The notes beneath the pieces are model-generated. The model made no database searches. It was not told where the DNA came from and was given only the letters and a program-made list of their open reading frames with translations. DNA of 64,000 nucleotides, taken from contig CAIJHQ010000045.1 in NCBI GenBank assembly GCA_903820505.1, positions 79,625 through 143,624 of the forward strand, written 5' to 3'. The translations under genes were made by a program, and so were the position numbers. Source of the stretch: Candidatus Omnitrophota bacterium (lineage in GTDB: Bacteria > Omnitrophota > Omnitrophia > Omnitrophales > Aquincolibacteriaceae). Positions 19,074 through 29,331 of this stretch are shown piece after piece (position 1 is the stretch's first letter; each line of letters starts with the position of its first letter).

Positions 19074-20021
19074 TTATCCCCCCATAACCTGTCTAAAATA
19101 GGCAACCGTCCGTTTTAATCCTTCGTCGAGCGCGATCTCAGGGCTCCAGGAAAGATATTTTCGGGCTCTGCTAATGTCCGGTCGCCGGACCCTGGGATCA
19201 TCCACCGGTAGCGGCTGATGCTCGATCACGCTGGAACTCCCGGTCATCTGAATGATCTTCTGCGCGAGATCCAGCATGGACATCTCGTCCGGGTTCCCGA
19301 TGTTGACGGGATCGTTCAGATCCGAGAACAGGAGCTTCTCGATGCCGTTGACCATATCATCGATGTAACAAAGACTGCGCGTCTGGGACCCGTCCCCAAA
19401 AACCGTCAATGGCCGGCCCGTCAGCGCCTGCGAAAAGAATGCCGGGATCGCGCGGCCGTCGTTCAAACGCATGCGCGGCCCATAGGTATTGAAAATGCGC
19501 ACGATCTTCGTATTCATTTTGTGGGTCCTGTGATACGCCATGGTCATCGCCTCGGCGTACCGTTTCGCCTCGTCATAAACGCCGCGGGGACCGATCGGGT
19601 TCACGTTCCCCCAATAATCCTCAGGTTGGGGATGCACCAGCGGATCCCCGTACACTTCCGAGGTCGACGCCAGAAGAAAAACAGCCTTTTTTTCTTTAGC
19701 CAAACCCAACGCATTGTGCGTCCCCAAAGCGCCGACTTTCAGCGTCTGGATAGGATATTGTAGATAATCCAGCGGGCTTGCCGGCGACGCAAAGTGGAGT
19801 ATATAGTCCACCGGCCCCGGGAAAGAAATGTGTTTGCTGACATCGTGACGGATCAGATGGAAAGACGCGTTTTTCTTGAAGGCTTCGATATTCTTTTCAT
19901 TGCCGGTCAAAAAGTTATCAACGGCGTAAACCTGAAATCCCCGATCCAAAAACCGGGCGCAAAGATGGGAGCCGAGAAAACCGCCGCCGCCCGTGACCAC
20001 GCACGTCTGTTGAGAAGTCAT
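19074..20021 (-). CDS. UDP-glucuronate decarboxylase (UDP-xylose synthase; ArnA C-terminal-domain-like SDR).
   Basis: Contains [18 protein letters not shown]...[12 protein letters not shown], a YDEAK catalytic motif, and [10 protein letters not shown]. The true start is the internal ATG at 20021, which overlaps the rmlD stop (ATGA). The ORF track extends to 20126. Confidence 0.85.
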   Translation of the reverse strand: MTSQQTCVVTGGGGFLGSHLCARFLDRGFQVYAVDNFLTGNEKNIEAFKKNASFHLIRHDVSKHISFPGPVDYILHFASPASPLDYLQYPIQTLKVGALGTHNALGLAKEKKAVFLLASTSEVYGDPLVHPQPEDYWGNVNPIGPRGVYDEAKRYAEAMTMAYHRTHKMNTKIVRIFNTYGPRMRLNDGRAIPAFFSQALTGRPLTVFGDGSQTRSLCYIDDMVNGIEKLLFSDLNDPVNIGNPDEMSMLDLAQKIIQMTGSSSVIEHQPLPVDDPRVRRPDISRARKYLSWSPEIALDEGLKRTVAYFRQVMGG

Positions 20022-20995
20022 CACGCGATGTTCTCCTTTTCCGCCGCTTGCGCCTTCGCTTTCTGTTCCTCCACTTCTTTCACTTCTTTCCAGCGCGGCA
20101 GGAATTCCTTCACGGCTTCGTCCCACGGTCTCAACTGCAGTCCGAGGACCTCCCGAGCCTTATCCAGCGAGAGAACGGAATTCAAGGGCCGTGGCGCCGG
20201 CCGCTTGAGTTGAGAGGTCGGAATGTCTTTCACTTTGATACCGTTCAGATTCTCCGATTTGAGTATGAATCGCGCGAAATCGGCCCAATGGACCGTCCCC
20301 TCGTTCCCGAGGTTGAAGATCTCGCGACTCCTGGCCTCAACGCATTCCCTTTTATCGCGCAGCACCGTGAGCAGCGACTGCGCCACATCCCAGGTATAGG
20401 TCGGACGGCCGACCTGGTCGTTCACGACGGAAAGCGTCTTCAATTCAGCGGCCTGCCGGAGGATCGCCTTCGGGAACGAGCGTCCCCAGACACCGTAAAG
20501 CCATGTAATACGGAAAATGATCGCCCGTTGCGCGTGCGCCAAAATATATCTTTCCGCATCAAGTTTCGTTTGCCCATAGAAATTGATAGGACACGGAACG
20601 TCCGTCTCCGTGTAGGGTTCCTTCTTCGACCCGTCAAAAACATAGTCCGTGCTGAAAAAAATAACGGGAATATCAAGCTCATTGCACACGTCCACCACGT
20701 TCTTCGTGGCGCCGACATTGAGCTCTTCGGCCTCGTCGTGATGGTCTTCGCAGTAATCCACGTCCGTCAGGGCGGCGGTGTGGATCACGACATGCGGCCG
20801 ATGGCTCAGAATGGCATCGCGTGTTTTTCGGGGCTGGGTCAGGTCACAAATGTCGTAAGGAACGCATAAATGCACTACAGGCCGTTTTTCAAGACCCCCA
20901 ACTTCGAAGTGCGGGTTCAGTACCGTGACGAGATCCGTTCCGAGCATCCCGCCCGCCCCCGTGATCAGGACTTTCCGGGCATCAGGGTTCGTCAT
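20021..20995 (-). CDS. rmlD: dTDP-4-dehydrorhamnose reductase.
   Basis: Begins [15 protein letters not shown] and is ~320 aa with an RmlD-type SDR fold. Start is the internal ATG at 20995, directly after the rmlB stop. Confidence 0.8.
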   Translation of the reverse strand: MTNPDARKVLITGAGGMLGTDLVTVLNPHFEVGGLEKRPVVHLCVPYDICDLTQPRKTRDAILSHRPHVVIHTAALTDVDYCEDHHDEAEELNVGATKNVVDVCNELDIPVIFFSTDYVFDGSKKEPYTETDVPCPINFYGQTKLDAERYILAHAQRAIIFRITWLYGVWGRSFPKAILRQAAELKTLSVVNDQVGRPTYTWDVAQSLLTVLRDKRECVEARSREIFNLGNEGTVHWADFARFILKSENLNGIKVKDIPTSQLKRPAPRPLNSVLSLDKAREVLGLQLRPWDEAVKEFLPRWKEVKEVEEQKAKAQAAEKENIA

Positions 20996-20997
20996 TG

Positions 20998-21975
20998 TTA
21001 TTTCACCGTGTACTTGTCTTTTTTGAGCGGCCGCCACCATGCCGGGTTCTCTTGATACCAGCGGATCGTCGCCTCCAGGCCCTTTTGAAAGCTCCAACGC
21101 GGTTTGAACCCCAGCTTCCGCAATTTATTAAAATTAAGGGCGTAGCGCAGATCATGCCCGAGGCGGTCCGGGACATAGCGGATCATCTCCTTGCCCTTTT
21201 TGAAACGTCTGAGAATGGAATGCGTCAGTTCCAAATTACTCATCTCGTTGTGAGCGCCGACATTATAGATCTCCCCCGTCCTGCCTTTTTCAAGGACCAG
21301 CAGAACGGCGCGGCAAGCATCCTCCACAAAGATCCAGTCCCGGCGATTCCTGCCGTTCCCGTAAAGCGGAACGGTCTGACCGGCCAACAGGTTGGTGACG
21401 AAAAGCGGGATGACCTTTTCGGGAAATTGGTACGGCCCGAAATTGTTCGTACAGCGGACGATCATGGCCGGATGTTTGAACGTTTCCTGGAACGAACGCA
21501 CCAGAAGATCGGCGGCTGCCTTGGAGGCCGCGTACGGGCTGTTCGGCAAAAGCCGCGCCCGCTCGTCCGCGAACCCTTTTGCGACCGATCCATAGACCTC
21601 ATCCGTGGACATATGGACGAACCGTTTGATCCCGCAGGCAAGCGAGGATTCCAGCAGGGACGCCGTGCCCAAAATGTTGGTACGGAGAAACTCGTCCGCG
21701 CTCTCGATCGAACGATCGACATGCGTTTCCGCTGCAAAGTGGGCCACCGCTGCGGCCCGCTTCATCAGGGCATGAACAAGTTTTTTGTCTTCAATGGCCC
21801 CGCGAACGAACTCATAACGGGACGAATTCGCATAGTCTCTTGTGTTAGCAAGATTCCCGGAATAGCTCAGCTTGTCCAGGTTCATCACGCCCCAGCCGGA
21901 ACGGTTTTTCAGGAAATAACGGATGAAATTCGAACCGATGAACCCGCAACCTCCGGTGACCAGCAAGCGCTTCAT
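20998..21975 (-). CDS. rmlB: dTDP-glucose 4,6-dehydratase.
   Basis: Begins MKRLLVTGGCGFIGSNFIRY and contains YAASKAAADLLVRS (YxxxK) and TDEVYG. The internal ATG at 21975 overlaps the rmlA stop (ATGA). Confidence 0.9.
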   Translation of the reverse strand: MKRLLVTGGCGFIGSNFIRYFLKNRSGWGVMNLDKLSYSGNLANTRDYANSSRYEFVRGAIEDKKLVHALMKRAAAVAHFAAETHVDRSIESADEFLRTNILGTASLLESSLACGIKRFVHMSTDEVYGSVAKGFADERARLLPNSPYAASKAAADLLVRSFQETFKHPAMIVRCTNNFGPYQFPEKVIPLFVTNLLAGQTVPLYGNGRNRRDWIFVEDACRAVLLVLEKGRTGEIYNVGAHNEMSNLELTHSILRRFKKGKEMIRYVPDRLGHDLRYALNFNKLRKLGFKPRWSFQKGLEATIRWYQENPAWWRPLKKDKYTVK

Positions 21976-22703
21976 GATCCGCTTCCGCCTGCGTGCCTGG
22001 CCACCAGATTGCCGGCTCGATGAAGGGATTCGAAAGTCCCGGCATCGGTCCAAAACCCTTTAAGAAAATCGAATTCCAGAACGCCCCGCTTGAGATACCA
22101 ATTGTTCACGTCCGTGATCTCGAGCTCCCCGCGGCGGGATGGCTTCAAGGTCCGGATAAAATTAAAAACTTCCGCATCATAGAGGTAGATCCCGACCACA
22201 GCGTAGGGGCTGTCCGGTTTTTTGGGTTTCTCGGTGATCCTGACGATCTTATCGCCGCGCAGGGCCGCGACACCGAAGCGCTCCGGATCCGGGACTTTCT
22301 TCAAAAGCAGACGCGCTCCTTCGGCCTGCCTCTCGAAATGACGCACCTGGGGCGAAATATCTTCCTGAATGATATTGTCGCCGAGGATCACGACCATTTT
22401 CTCGCCGTTCACGAAATGTTCCGCGAGGCTCAGGGCGTGAGCGATGCCCCCCTCGCCTTCCTGGTACGTGTAATTAATGTGCTTCAGGCCGAACTGCTTA
22501 CCGTTCCCGAGCAATTTCAGGAAATCCCCGGAAGAATTTCCGCCCGTCACCACCAGAATATCCCGGATCCCGGCCTTCACCAGGGTCTCGATCGGATAAT
22601 AGATCATAGGCTTGTTGTAAACCGGCAAGAGATGCTTGTTCGTAACTTTGGTCAGCGGAAAAAGCCGGCTGCCAAGACCTCCGGCGAGAATGACACCCTT
22701 CAT
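21972..22703 (-). CDS. rmlA: Glucose-1-phosphate thymidylyltransferase-like sugar nucleotidyltransferase (short form).
   Basis: Begins MKGVILAGGLGSRLFPLT (G-x-G-T-R-L motif) and contains ILGDNI. 243 aa. Its position upstream of rmlB and rmlD supports the call. Confidence 0.75.
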   Translation of the reverse strand: MKGVILAGGLGSRLFPLTKVTNKHLLPVYNKPMIYYPIETLVKAGIRDILVVTGGNSSGDFLKLLGNGKQFGLKHINYTYQEGEGGIAHALSLAEHFVNGEKMVVILGDNIIQEDISPQVRHFERQAEGARLLLKKVPDPERFGVAALRGDKIVRITEKPKKPDSPYAVVGIYLYDAEVFNFIRTLKPSRRGELEITDVNNWYLKRGVLEFDFLKGFWTDAGTFESLHRAGNLVARHAGGSGS

Positions 22704-22758
22704 AGATTCACCCTGTTGGTGGTGGAAACATCCTTGGTTTTAACGTTCCCGATTCCCG

Positions 22759-24054
22759 TCAAGCCGGCCGGCCGACACTGACGTAACGGAAACCGTTCGC
22801 TTTCATTTCAGTCGGCTGGAACATATTACGGCCGTCAAAAAAGAAGTTGGACCTCATGAGACGGCGCAAACGCTTCCAATCCAGGTTCAGAAACTCTTTC
22901 CATTCCGTAAGGACCGCGACCGCATGGGCCCCTTTGGCCGCCTGATAAGGATCATCCGTAAAGGTAACCTCCCTGAAAAGCGCCCGGCACTTCGCCGTTG
23001 CCTGGCAGTCATAAGCCTGGATCCGCGCGCCTTCCTTTTGAAGCATCTGAACGATCGGGATCGACGGCGCCGAACGCATGTCGTCGGTGTCCGGCTTGAA
23101 GACCAGCCCCAGGATCCCGAGCGTCTTTCCCTTGAGGTTCCGCATTTCGCTCAGGATCTTTCGGACAAAATATTCGCGCTGCGTGTCATTGACCCGAAGG
23201 ACATCGGCCAGGATATCGAACCGGACACCCAATTGTTCGGAAATATGCAGGAAAGCGCTCAGGTCCTTGGGAAAGCACGAACCGCCGAACCCGATCCCCG
23301 CCTTGAGGAACTGCGGGCCGATCCGGGGGTCCAATCCCATCCCCAAAGTGACTTTCTCGACATCCGCCCCAACGGCGTCGCAGACACGCGATAACGCGTT
23401 CGCAAAAGATATCTTGGTCGAGAGAAAGGAATTCGACGCGTGCTTGATCAGCTCCGCGCTTTTGATGTCCGTCGCGATGATGGGCGCCTTCAGAGAACCG
23501 TAAAGTTTCCGCAGAAGTTTCTCCGCGCGCGCGCTTGAGACGCCGATCACGATCCGGTCAGGCTGAAGGAAATCGTGGATCGCGGAACCTTCTCTCAGAA
23601 ACTCCGGATTGGACGCCACATCGAAGTGGACGCCGCTCCGGACGTTGCGCTTGATGGTGCGGCGGACCCATTCACCGGTCTCCACCGGCACCGTGCTTTT
23701 TTCCACTACCAAGCAGTATTTGCGCAGATGCGTGGCGATCTGTTTGGCGACCTTTTCCACGAACCTCAGATCCGCCCCGCCGTTGGCCCTCGAAGGCGTG
23801 TGCACGCAAATGAACAGGACTTCACAACGATTGACGATCCGCGTAATGTCATGGGTGAAAGAAAGTCTTTTGGCCGCGACGTTCTCCAGGACCATTTCCA
23901 TAAGCCCCGGTTCGTAGAACGGGACCTTACCGTTCTTGAGGGTGCGGACCTTTTCGACGTCCTGATCCACGCAGGTCACGATATGCCCCAGATGGGCTAG
24001 ACAAGCACCCGTCACGAGACCCACATAGCCCGAACCGATTATACCGATCTTCAC
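22759..24054 (-). CDS. ugd: UDP-glucose 6-dehydrogenase.
   Basis: Begins IGIIGSGYVGLVTGACLA (Rossmann). Catalytic Cys motif GFGGSCFPKD. 431 aa. GTG start. Confidence 0.9.
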   Translation of the reverse strand: MKIGIIGSGYVGLVTGACLAHLGHIVTCVDQDVEKVRTLKNGKVPFYEPGLMEMVLENVAAKRLSFTHDITRIVNRCEVLFICVHTPSRANGGADLRFVEKVAKQIATHLRKYCLVVEKSTVPVETGEWVRRTIKRNVRSGVHFDVASNPEFLREGSAIHDFLQPDRIVIGVSSARAEKLLRKLYGSLKAPIIATDIKSAELIKHASNSFLSTKISFANALSRVCDAVGADVEKVTLGMGLDPRIGPQFLKAGIGFGGSCFPKDLSAFLHISEQLGVRFDILADVLRVNDTQREYFVRKILSEMRNLKGKTLGILGLVFKPDTDDMRSAPSIPIVQMLQKEGARIQAYDCQATAKCRALFREVTFTDDPYQAAKGAHAVAVLTEWKEFLNLDWKRLRRLMRSNFFFDGRNMFQPTEMKANGFRYVSVGRPA

Positions 24055-24078
24055 GCGAGGGTTTCCATGGGCAAAGGA

Positions 24079-26508
24079 CTATGTTTGCAGCGAGATCAAC
24101 TGGCTTTCCGCCGGGTTCATGAGACCGGTGGCGAATTCATTGGCTCCGGCCACTGTCTCGCCGATCCGCGGTTCCGAGAAGGAAGCCTTGCTGCCGTTTC
24201 GAAGCGCCAGGTCCGGGAACCCTTTCATCCGGAAATTGAAATAAAGCTGATTGTTATTGGAATCGATCAGCGAATTGCGGACGGTGTAACCGAACTCCAA
24301 AATGAAATCGTGCAGGTCCCTGGCCGCGGAGACCTGCCATTCCTGCAAACCATCGCCTCCCGTTTGCCAGCGGATGTAGCCTCCGACTTCCCACAGATGG
24401 TTGATCTGATAACGGGTATCAAAAACGAACTGCTCACTGCCCTCGATCCACTGGGCATCATACCAGTCATAATAATTATGGGTAAACCTCTGTCCGAAAA
24501 GAAAACGTAATTTTCCGCGCCGGATCATGATGTCCTGGTTCGCCACCTTCAGATAGTGATGAGCGAAATCATACTGGAGACGCGCCTGATACTGGAGCCA
24601 CTCGTAAGGCCGCAACGTCAGTTCCCCGCCGACGAACGTGAACCGGCTCCCCGAGATCGTCGGATCCAAAGGTTGCCCTTCATACTGCACGTAGGTATTG
24701 AGGCTTACGATATCGACCCGCTTCGTCCGTCCGCCGACCATGCGCTTGGTCTGAAGCCGGTTCTCCAGGCCCAGGGTGATGTTCTGGGTATCATCCAGCG
24801 CGTCCGCCGTATCGAAACGCGTCAGCCGGTCCATAGCAACGGTCGAGTAGGCCCCTTCGTACCGAACGCTCGGCTCGACAATATGCCGGAGCTGGTTGAC
24901 TTCAATCCCTAGTTTGTCGAATGAGACGTCATGCGTTTTATAAAAGTGCGTCCGGAGGTCCGCGCCGTATTCGAAAATATTGCGGTAAGTCGCGGAATTG
25001 GAATGCGCCTGATGGCTGTACTCGGTGCCGCGATAGCCGGCGAAGGGCGTCAGCTTGATCTCTTTCCACTTGAGAGGCAAATACCACCGGCTGTAGGCAT
25101 CCGTGCGGATCGAGTCCTGCTGCTCCGTACTGTGACTGTAAGTTTTATACAAATTATCGAACTGGACGCGGCTTTCGTTATAGACCCAGTCCTTGAGGAA
25201 CGGCTGGTTTTTCCAATCCAGACGCACTTCCGGCAACCGCTCGACGACCGATTCATAACTGTTCATCTTCTTTTCAAGAAAGACCATGGCACCATAACGT
25301 TCCGTATTGTGCGTTCCCGTCACGAATGAAAACGGCTGCATTTCGGCGCGATATTCCCTTTCAAAGAAATCCTGGAGAAAATATTCATCCGCCACGCGAT
25401 GGTAGCGCAGGATCACGTTGGTATTCTCTCCAAAATCCGAGCGGTGGCGCCAGGTGATCCGACCGCGGGTCCTGTCTTCACGTTTTGCGTAGGGATTGTC
25501 CTCATCGGAACCCACGTCCCTGTAACCCGGCGTCGGGGCTTCCTTATCCTGGGTCACATAAAGCTTCACGTTCCCGTGAGCATACTTTCCAAAATTATAA
25601 TACTGGTCCCACCCGCCACCGACACCGCGCTTGGCCCGCCAATCCAAATGGGCCTGGCCCCAAAGATACTTATTGAAAGCGATCCCCTTGGTAAGCTCGA
25701 TATAGCCCCCGAATTGTTTCGAATATCCCGGAGAGACCTGGAACGGAAGTGTCGGCATATCAAGCGGCACGGTAACGTAGGGCCACCAGAACACCGGCTT
25801 CCCGAGCACATAGATCGTCGCGTTGTACATGACCAGTTTCACGTTGGTATAGAGAGTGGCCTTCGTGCAACGAATCTCGTAATGCGGTTTATCATAACTG
25901 CAGGTAGTGACGCGACCCTTCTTGATCTTGTCGACACCTTCGCGAATCTGGTGAATCTCGGCACCCCGCGCGTACCACGTCCCTCCCATATCGCCCGGTT
26001 TCAGCCGCGGGTCCGGAGGCCCTTTTTGCGTCGTCAAAGCGCCGGGAGCGCTGATCGCGCGCGCGTTCGGAAAACTTCCCGTATGGTTCGAAAAATCGTA
26101 ATAAGCCTCTTCACCTTGAAGCCGCGGAGAGTCCCCCTCAAAGATCATGACGTGACCTTTGGCATAAGCCTTTTTGGTATCGGTCTCGACCTCCGCATAG
26201 TCCGCGAGCAATTTGGTCCGCTGGTAGGTGATGACCGCGTTGCCGCGGGCGATCATTTTTCCGGATTCCTTGTTGTACTCCAGGCTGTCGGCAACGGCCT
26301 CTACATTCGCCTGTTTTGCGTCATAGATCGTTTGAATGGGAAAATCACGCTTGGCAGGGGCGGAGGCCGCAGCGCCGGAAGCGGTTTTCTCCTCGGAGGA
26401 TTTGTCAGCAGCGAACACCGAGATCCCGGAAAGTAGAACAAGCGAGAGCAGGCCAACAAGGGGAACGATCACGGCCGCAGAGAATTTTGGATCAACCTTG
26501 CTTTTCAC
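24079..26508 (-). CDS. lptD: LPS-assembly outer-membrane protein LptD (OstA family).
   Basis: Has a signal peptide, an OstA-like N-terminal domain, a TTCSYDKPHYEI segment and a long beta-barrel region rich in aromatics. GTG start overlapping the stop of the upstream diguanylate cyclase (GTGA at 26505-26508). Confidence 0.7.
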   Translation of the reverse strand: MKSKVDPKFSAAVIVPLVGLLSLVLLSGISVFAADKSSEEKTASGAAASAPAKRDFPIQTIYDAKQANVEAVADSLEYNKESGKMIARGNAVITYQRTKLLADYAEVETDTKKAYAKGHVMIFEGDSPRLQGEEAYYDFSNHTGSFPNARAISAPGALTTQKGPPDPRLKPGDMGGTWYARGAEIHQIREGVDKIKKGRVTTCSYDKPHYEIRCTKATLYTNVKLVMYNATIYVLGKPVFWWPYVTVPLDMPTLPFQVSPGYSKQFGGYIELTKGIAFNKYLWGQAHLDWRAKRGVGGGWDQYYNFGKYAHGNVKLYVTQDKEAPTPGYRDVGSDEDNPYAKREDRTRGRITWRHRSDFGENTNVILRYHRVADEYFLQDFFEREYRAEMQPFSFVTGTHNTERYGAMVFLEKKMNSYESVVERLPEVRLDWKNQPFLKDWVYNESRVQFDNLYKTYSHSTEQQDSIRTDAYSRWYLPLKWKEIKLTPFAGYRGTEYSHQAHSNSATYRNIFEYGADLRTHFYKTHDVSFDKLGIEVNQLRHIVEPSVRYEGAYSTVAMDRLTRFDTADALDDTQNITLGLENRLQTKRMVGGRTKRVDIVSLNTYVQYEGQPLDPTISGSRFTFVGGELTLRPYEWLQYQARLQYDFAHHYLKVANQDIMIRRGKLRFLFGQRFTHNYYDWYDAQWIEGSEQFVFDTRYQINHLWEVGGYIRWQTGGDGLQEWQVSAARDLHDFILEFGYTVRNSLIDSNNNQLYFNFRMKGFPDLALRNGSKASFSEPRIGETVAGANEFATGLMNPAESQLISLQT

Positions 26509-27887
26509 GATCTCTTGATATCCTTATAAAGACAAACGCGGTTACGTCCTTCTTCCTTAGCCTTGTACATGGCCTCGTCGGCCATCCGGATCAGCTCCGA
26601 CACGATCGCTTTCGTATCCGCTGTTTCGGGATCGACCACCGACTCACCGTCAAACACCGCGATCCCCTGACTTACTGTGACCTTCGTTTTGTCATTATAG
26701 ACCTGAAAGTCATGTCGCGCGATATTGGAGCGGATACGCTCGGCCACTTCGGCAGCGTTCATCACCCGGGTCTCCGGCATGGCCACCACGAATTCCTCTC
26801 CGCCGTACCTTCCCACGAGATCGACCCGGCGGAGGTTCCTTTTCAGCAAATCCGCAACATCCTTCAGAGTGGCGTCACCCACTAGGTGTCCGAATTCGTC
26901 ATTATATCTTTTGAAAAGATCGATGTCTAACATTAATACGGTCAATGGGAGCTTGAACCGGATACTGCGCTTCAATTCCTCCTCAAGACGCTCCATAAAG
27001 TGATGCCGCACGAAAACCTGGGTCAATTCGTCCACGATCGCAAGCGCCCTGACGGTCTCGTAAAGCTTGATCTTCTTGATAAGGAGGACAAGGTACGCGC
27101 TCAAGACCTCTACGCGCGCAAGATCTTCCTCCTTGATGCCATGGATCGCGAAAACCGAGCTAAGTTCGTCGCCATCCAGGATCGGAAAGTACCAGCTGCT
27201 CCCCTGGCGCACCATCGTTTTGGTGTTCTTCATCGCGACAAAACTTTCCAATTCCAGGAGGGTCAGCTCGCGCTCTTCCTCTTTAACACCTTCCTGCAAC
27301 ATCTCATAGATCTTGATAAGCCCCGCGCCCTTTTCCAGGCCCGGCTTTATGCTCAGAAAGATCTGCATCCGCTGGAACGAAAGTTCGGAACGCAACTTTT
27401 TCAATAAGTAATCGGTCAGGGTCTCGAAGTCCATACATTCGCTGAAGTCGCGGGCGATCTCAAAGAGGTTCATCAGGCTGCTGACCTGAACTTCAAGGTG
27501 CCGCAGACTGTTCAGCCTCGTCTGGTACTTGCTTTGGAGCGACTCCAGCGTTTTCCGCACGTCCTCTTTCTTCGTCTGCGCCAGCGCGAAAAAACGTTTC
27601 AGTTCCGCGAAATAATAACAAAGAGCAAAAAAGAGGAACAGCTGGATGCCCCACAGGACCGACACACGCCAGCGCGGGACCCCAAGAAAAAAATCACCCT
27701 GGAGGGCGACGACCACGATCAATGCGCCCACAAAAAAAAGATAGGCTCTTTCCTTCAGGAAGTAAAAAAGCGGGAAGATCCAGAGCGTGGAGATCAAAAA
27801 ATGGACCAGAGGAAGGTCCCTCGATTGCCAGAAAACGAAAAAGACCAGCGCGCCGAGAACTGCGAGGATCAGGAGGCACTTACGCAT
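26505..27887 (-). CDS. Membrane-anchored diguanylate cyclase (GGDEF).
   Basis: N-terminal ~5 TM helices, then a coiled region, then RYGGEEF (GGDEF active site) with an RxxD I-site (RRVD) five residues upstream. Confidence 0.85.
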   Translation of the reverse strand: MRKCLLILAVLGALVFFVFWQSRDLPLVHFLISTLWIFPLFYFLKERAYLFFVGALIVVVALQGDFFLGVPRWRVSVLWGIQLFLFFALCYYFAELKRFFALAQTKKEDVRKTLESLQSKYQTRLNSLRHLEVQVSSLMNLFEIARDFSECMDFETLTDYLLKKLRSELSFQRMQIFLSIKPGLEKGAGLIKIYEMLQEGVKEEERELTLLELESFVAMKNTKTMVRQGSSWYFPILDGDELSSVFAIHGIKEEDLARVEVLSAYLVLLIKKIKLYETVRALAIVDELTQVFVRHHFMERLEEELKRSIRFKLPLTVLMLDIDLFKRYNDEFGHLVGDATLKDVADLLKRNLRRVDLVGRYGGEEFVVAMPETRVMNAAEVAERIRSNIARHDFQVYNDKTKVTVSQGIAVFDGESVVDPETADTKAIVSELIRMADEAMYKAKEEGRNRVCLYKDIKRS

Positions 27888-29314
27888 ACGCGGTTCCTCC
27901 CCTCACGTTTCGCCTGGTAAAGGGCTTTGTCCGCCTTCTGCACCAGCATTTCCGTGTCCAGAGTGTCTTCGGGAACGCTCGCGACCCCCACCGAAAGGGT
28001 CATTTGGACCTGCTCACGGCGGATGTAGAACAAAGACTTCTCGACCGCTTTTCGGGTCTGCTCCGCGATCCTGACTGCGTCCGCTTTCGATGTTTCGGGA
28101 AGCAGGATCGCGAACTCCTCACCGCCGTAACGCGCCAAAACCGCGTCCTTCAGCGACTTCGTCAGGATCTCTGCCAGCTGGATGAGCATCAGATCGCCGC
28201 CCTGGTGACCGAACCGGTCGTTACATTCCTTGAAATGATCCAGATCGATCATCAGAAGGGACATCTTTTTGTTATTCATGAGCGTCCGCCGATGCTCTTC
28301 CTTGAGGCGCTCGTAGAAATAGCGGCGCACGTAAAGTCCCGTCAGCGCGTCCTTGATCGCAAGTTCTTCCGTTTTCTCATAAAGCATGGCGTTGGAAATA
28401 GCGGAGGACGCCAAGGTCGCGATCGCGTCAAGGAGCCGGAGGTCGTCGTGGCTGAAAACGTTCGGCCGTGTCGCATGAATGGCCAGGGTCCCCGTCACGC
28501 GCCCTTCATGGAAAAGCGGCGCCACGATGAGACTCCGCACGTTCTCTTTTTTTTCCGTTTCACTGAGGACAAAACGGAAATCCTCCTGAGTGTCCATGAC
28601 GATGAGCCGCTTGCGGTTCTTGATACACCAAAAATCAAAAAGATCGCCCTGCTTGACCACCCAGTTCCCCACGGGCCGCATGCGGCGCCGCGCGACGACT
28701 GGAAGCGTTTTTTCTTCCCCGCGCGCGAGCGTGATCTTGGAGTAATCCCCCCGCGGGATAAAATCCATGGCGCGGTCCACGGCCTTCTGCGCCAACTCCC
28801 CCCAGGCGAGGCTGACAGTCAATTCTTCGGCGAGCTTTCGGAGGTTATAGTAAGTGGAGTATTTCTCAAAAAAAGTACTGATGCCCTCCCCTTTCGCCTT
28901 GAACGTCATTTCCAGGTTATTGGTCTCATCCTGGTATTTCTCCTCCTCGATCCCGATCATGCCGATCTGTCCTTCAAAATGCTGCTCCATTTGCGAGAGG
29001 ATCGCCATGAGGGTGCCGTAGACCAGGAAGATCCAGAGAAAAACAGGCAGCTTGGTGATCGAGACCACGAAGAGGATCAACGGGATGAGGAAGGTGAGCG
29101 TCAGAATGTTGACGCCGACCCATTTAAAACGCAACCACGTAGTGAACACGGGAATGCAAAACGCCACCAACACGACCGCGATCCGTTGAAGGTAGGTTTC
29201 CGGATAAAACGCGTGCCTCAACTGAACAAGGTAATGAATGGTGGCATAGACCAGCAGAAGGGCGGCGACCACGCCGACCACGAATGCGATCTGCCGTCGT
29301 GTCAGTGAACCCAT
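27869..29314 (-). CDS. Membrane-anchored GAF-GGDEF diguanylate cyclase.
   Basis: N-terminal TM bundle, a GAF-like middle domain, and the RYGGEEF active site. No RxxD I-site is present. Overlaps the downstream DGC gene by 19 nt. Confidence 0.85.
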   Translation of the reverse strand: MGSLTRRQIAFVVGVVAALLLVYATIHYLVQLRHAFYPETYLQRIAVVLVAFCIPVFTTWLRFKWVGVNILTLTFLIPLILFVVSITKLPVFLWIFLVYGTLMAILSQMEQHFEGQIGMIGIEEEKYQDETNNLEMTFKAKGEGISTFFEKYSTYYNLRKLAEELTVSLAWGELAQKAVDRAMDFIPRGDYSKITLARGEEKTLPVVARRRMRPVGNWVVKQGDLFDFWCIKNRKRLIVMDTQEDFRFVLSETEKKENVRSLIVAPLFHEGRVTGTLAIHATRPNVFSHDDLRLLDAIATLASSAISNAMLYEKTEELAIKDALTGLYVRRYFYERLKEEHRRTLMNNKKMSLLMIDLDHFKECNDRFGHQGGDLMLIQLAEILTKSLKDAVLARYGGEEFAILLPETSKADAVRIAEQTRKAVEKSLFYIRREQVQMTLSVGVASVPEDTLDTEMLVQKADKALYQAKREGRNRVCVSAS

Positions 29315-29331
29315 AACGAGGCCGGCACCAC

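Noticed and set aside
19074-20126. N-terminal extensions in the ORF track, for example UXS from 20126, rmlD from 21097, rmlB from 22053, the UPF0104 gene from 10378, gmhA from 63193, the CHI-like gene from 48468, the ROK gene from 46724 and accD from 31512.
   Set aside because: The extensions are Arg/Ser/Gly-rich and non-conserved. They overlap the upstream gene. The internal ATGs fall exactly at family-typical N-termini and often form ATGA/TAATG stop-start overlaps, so the shorter starts were used.
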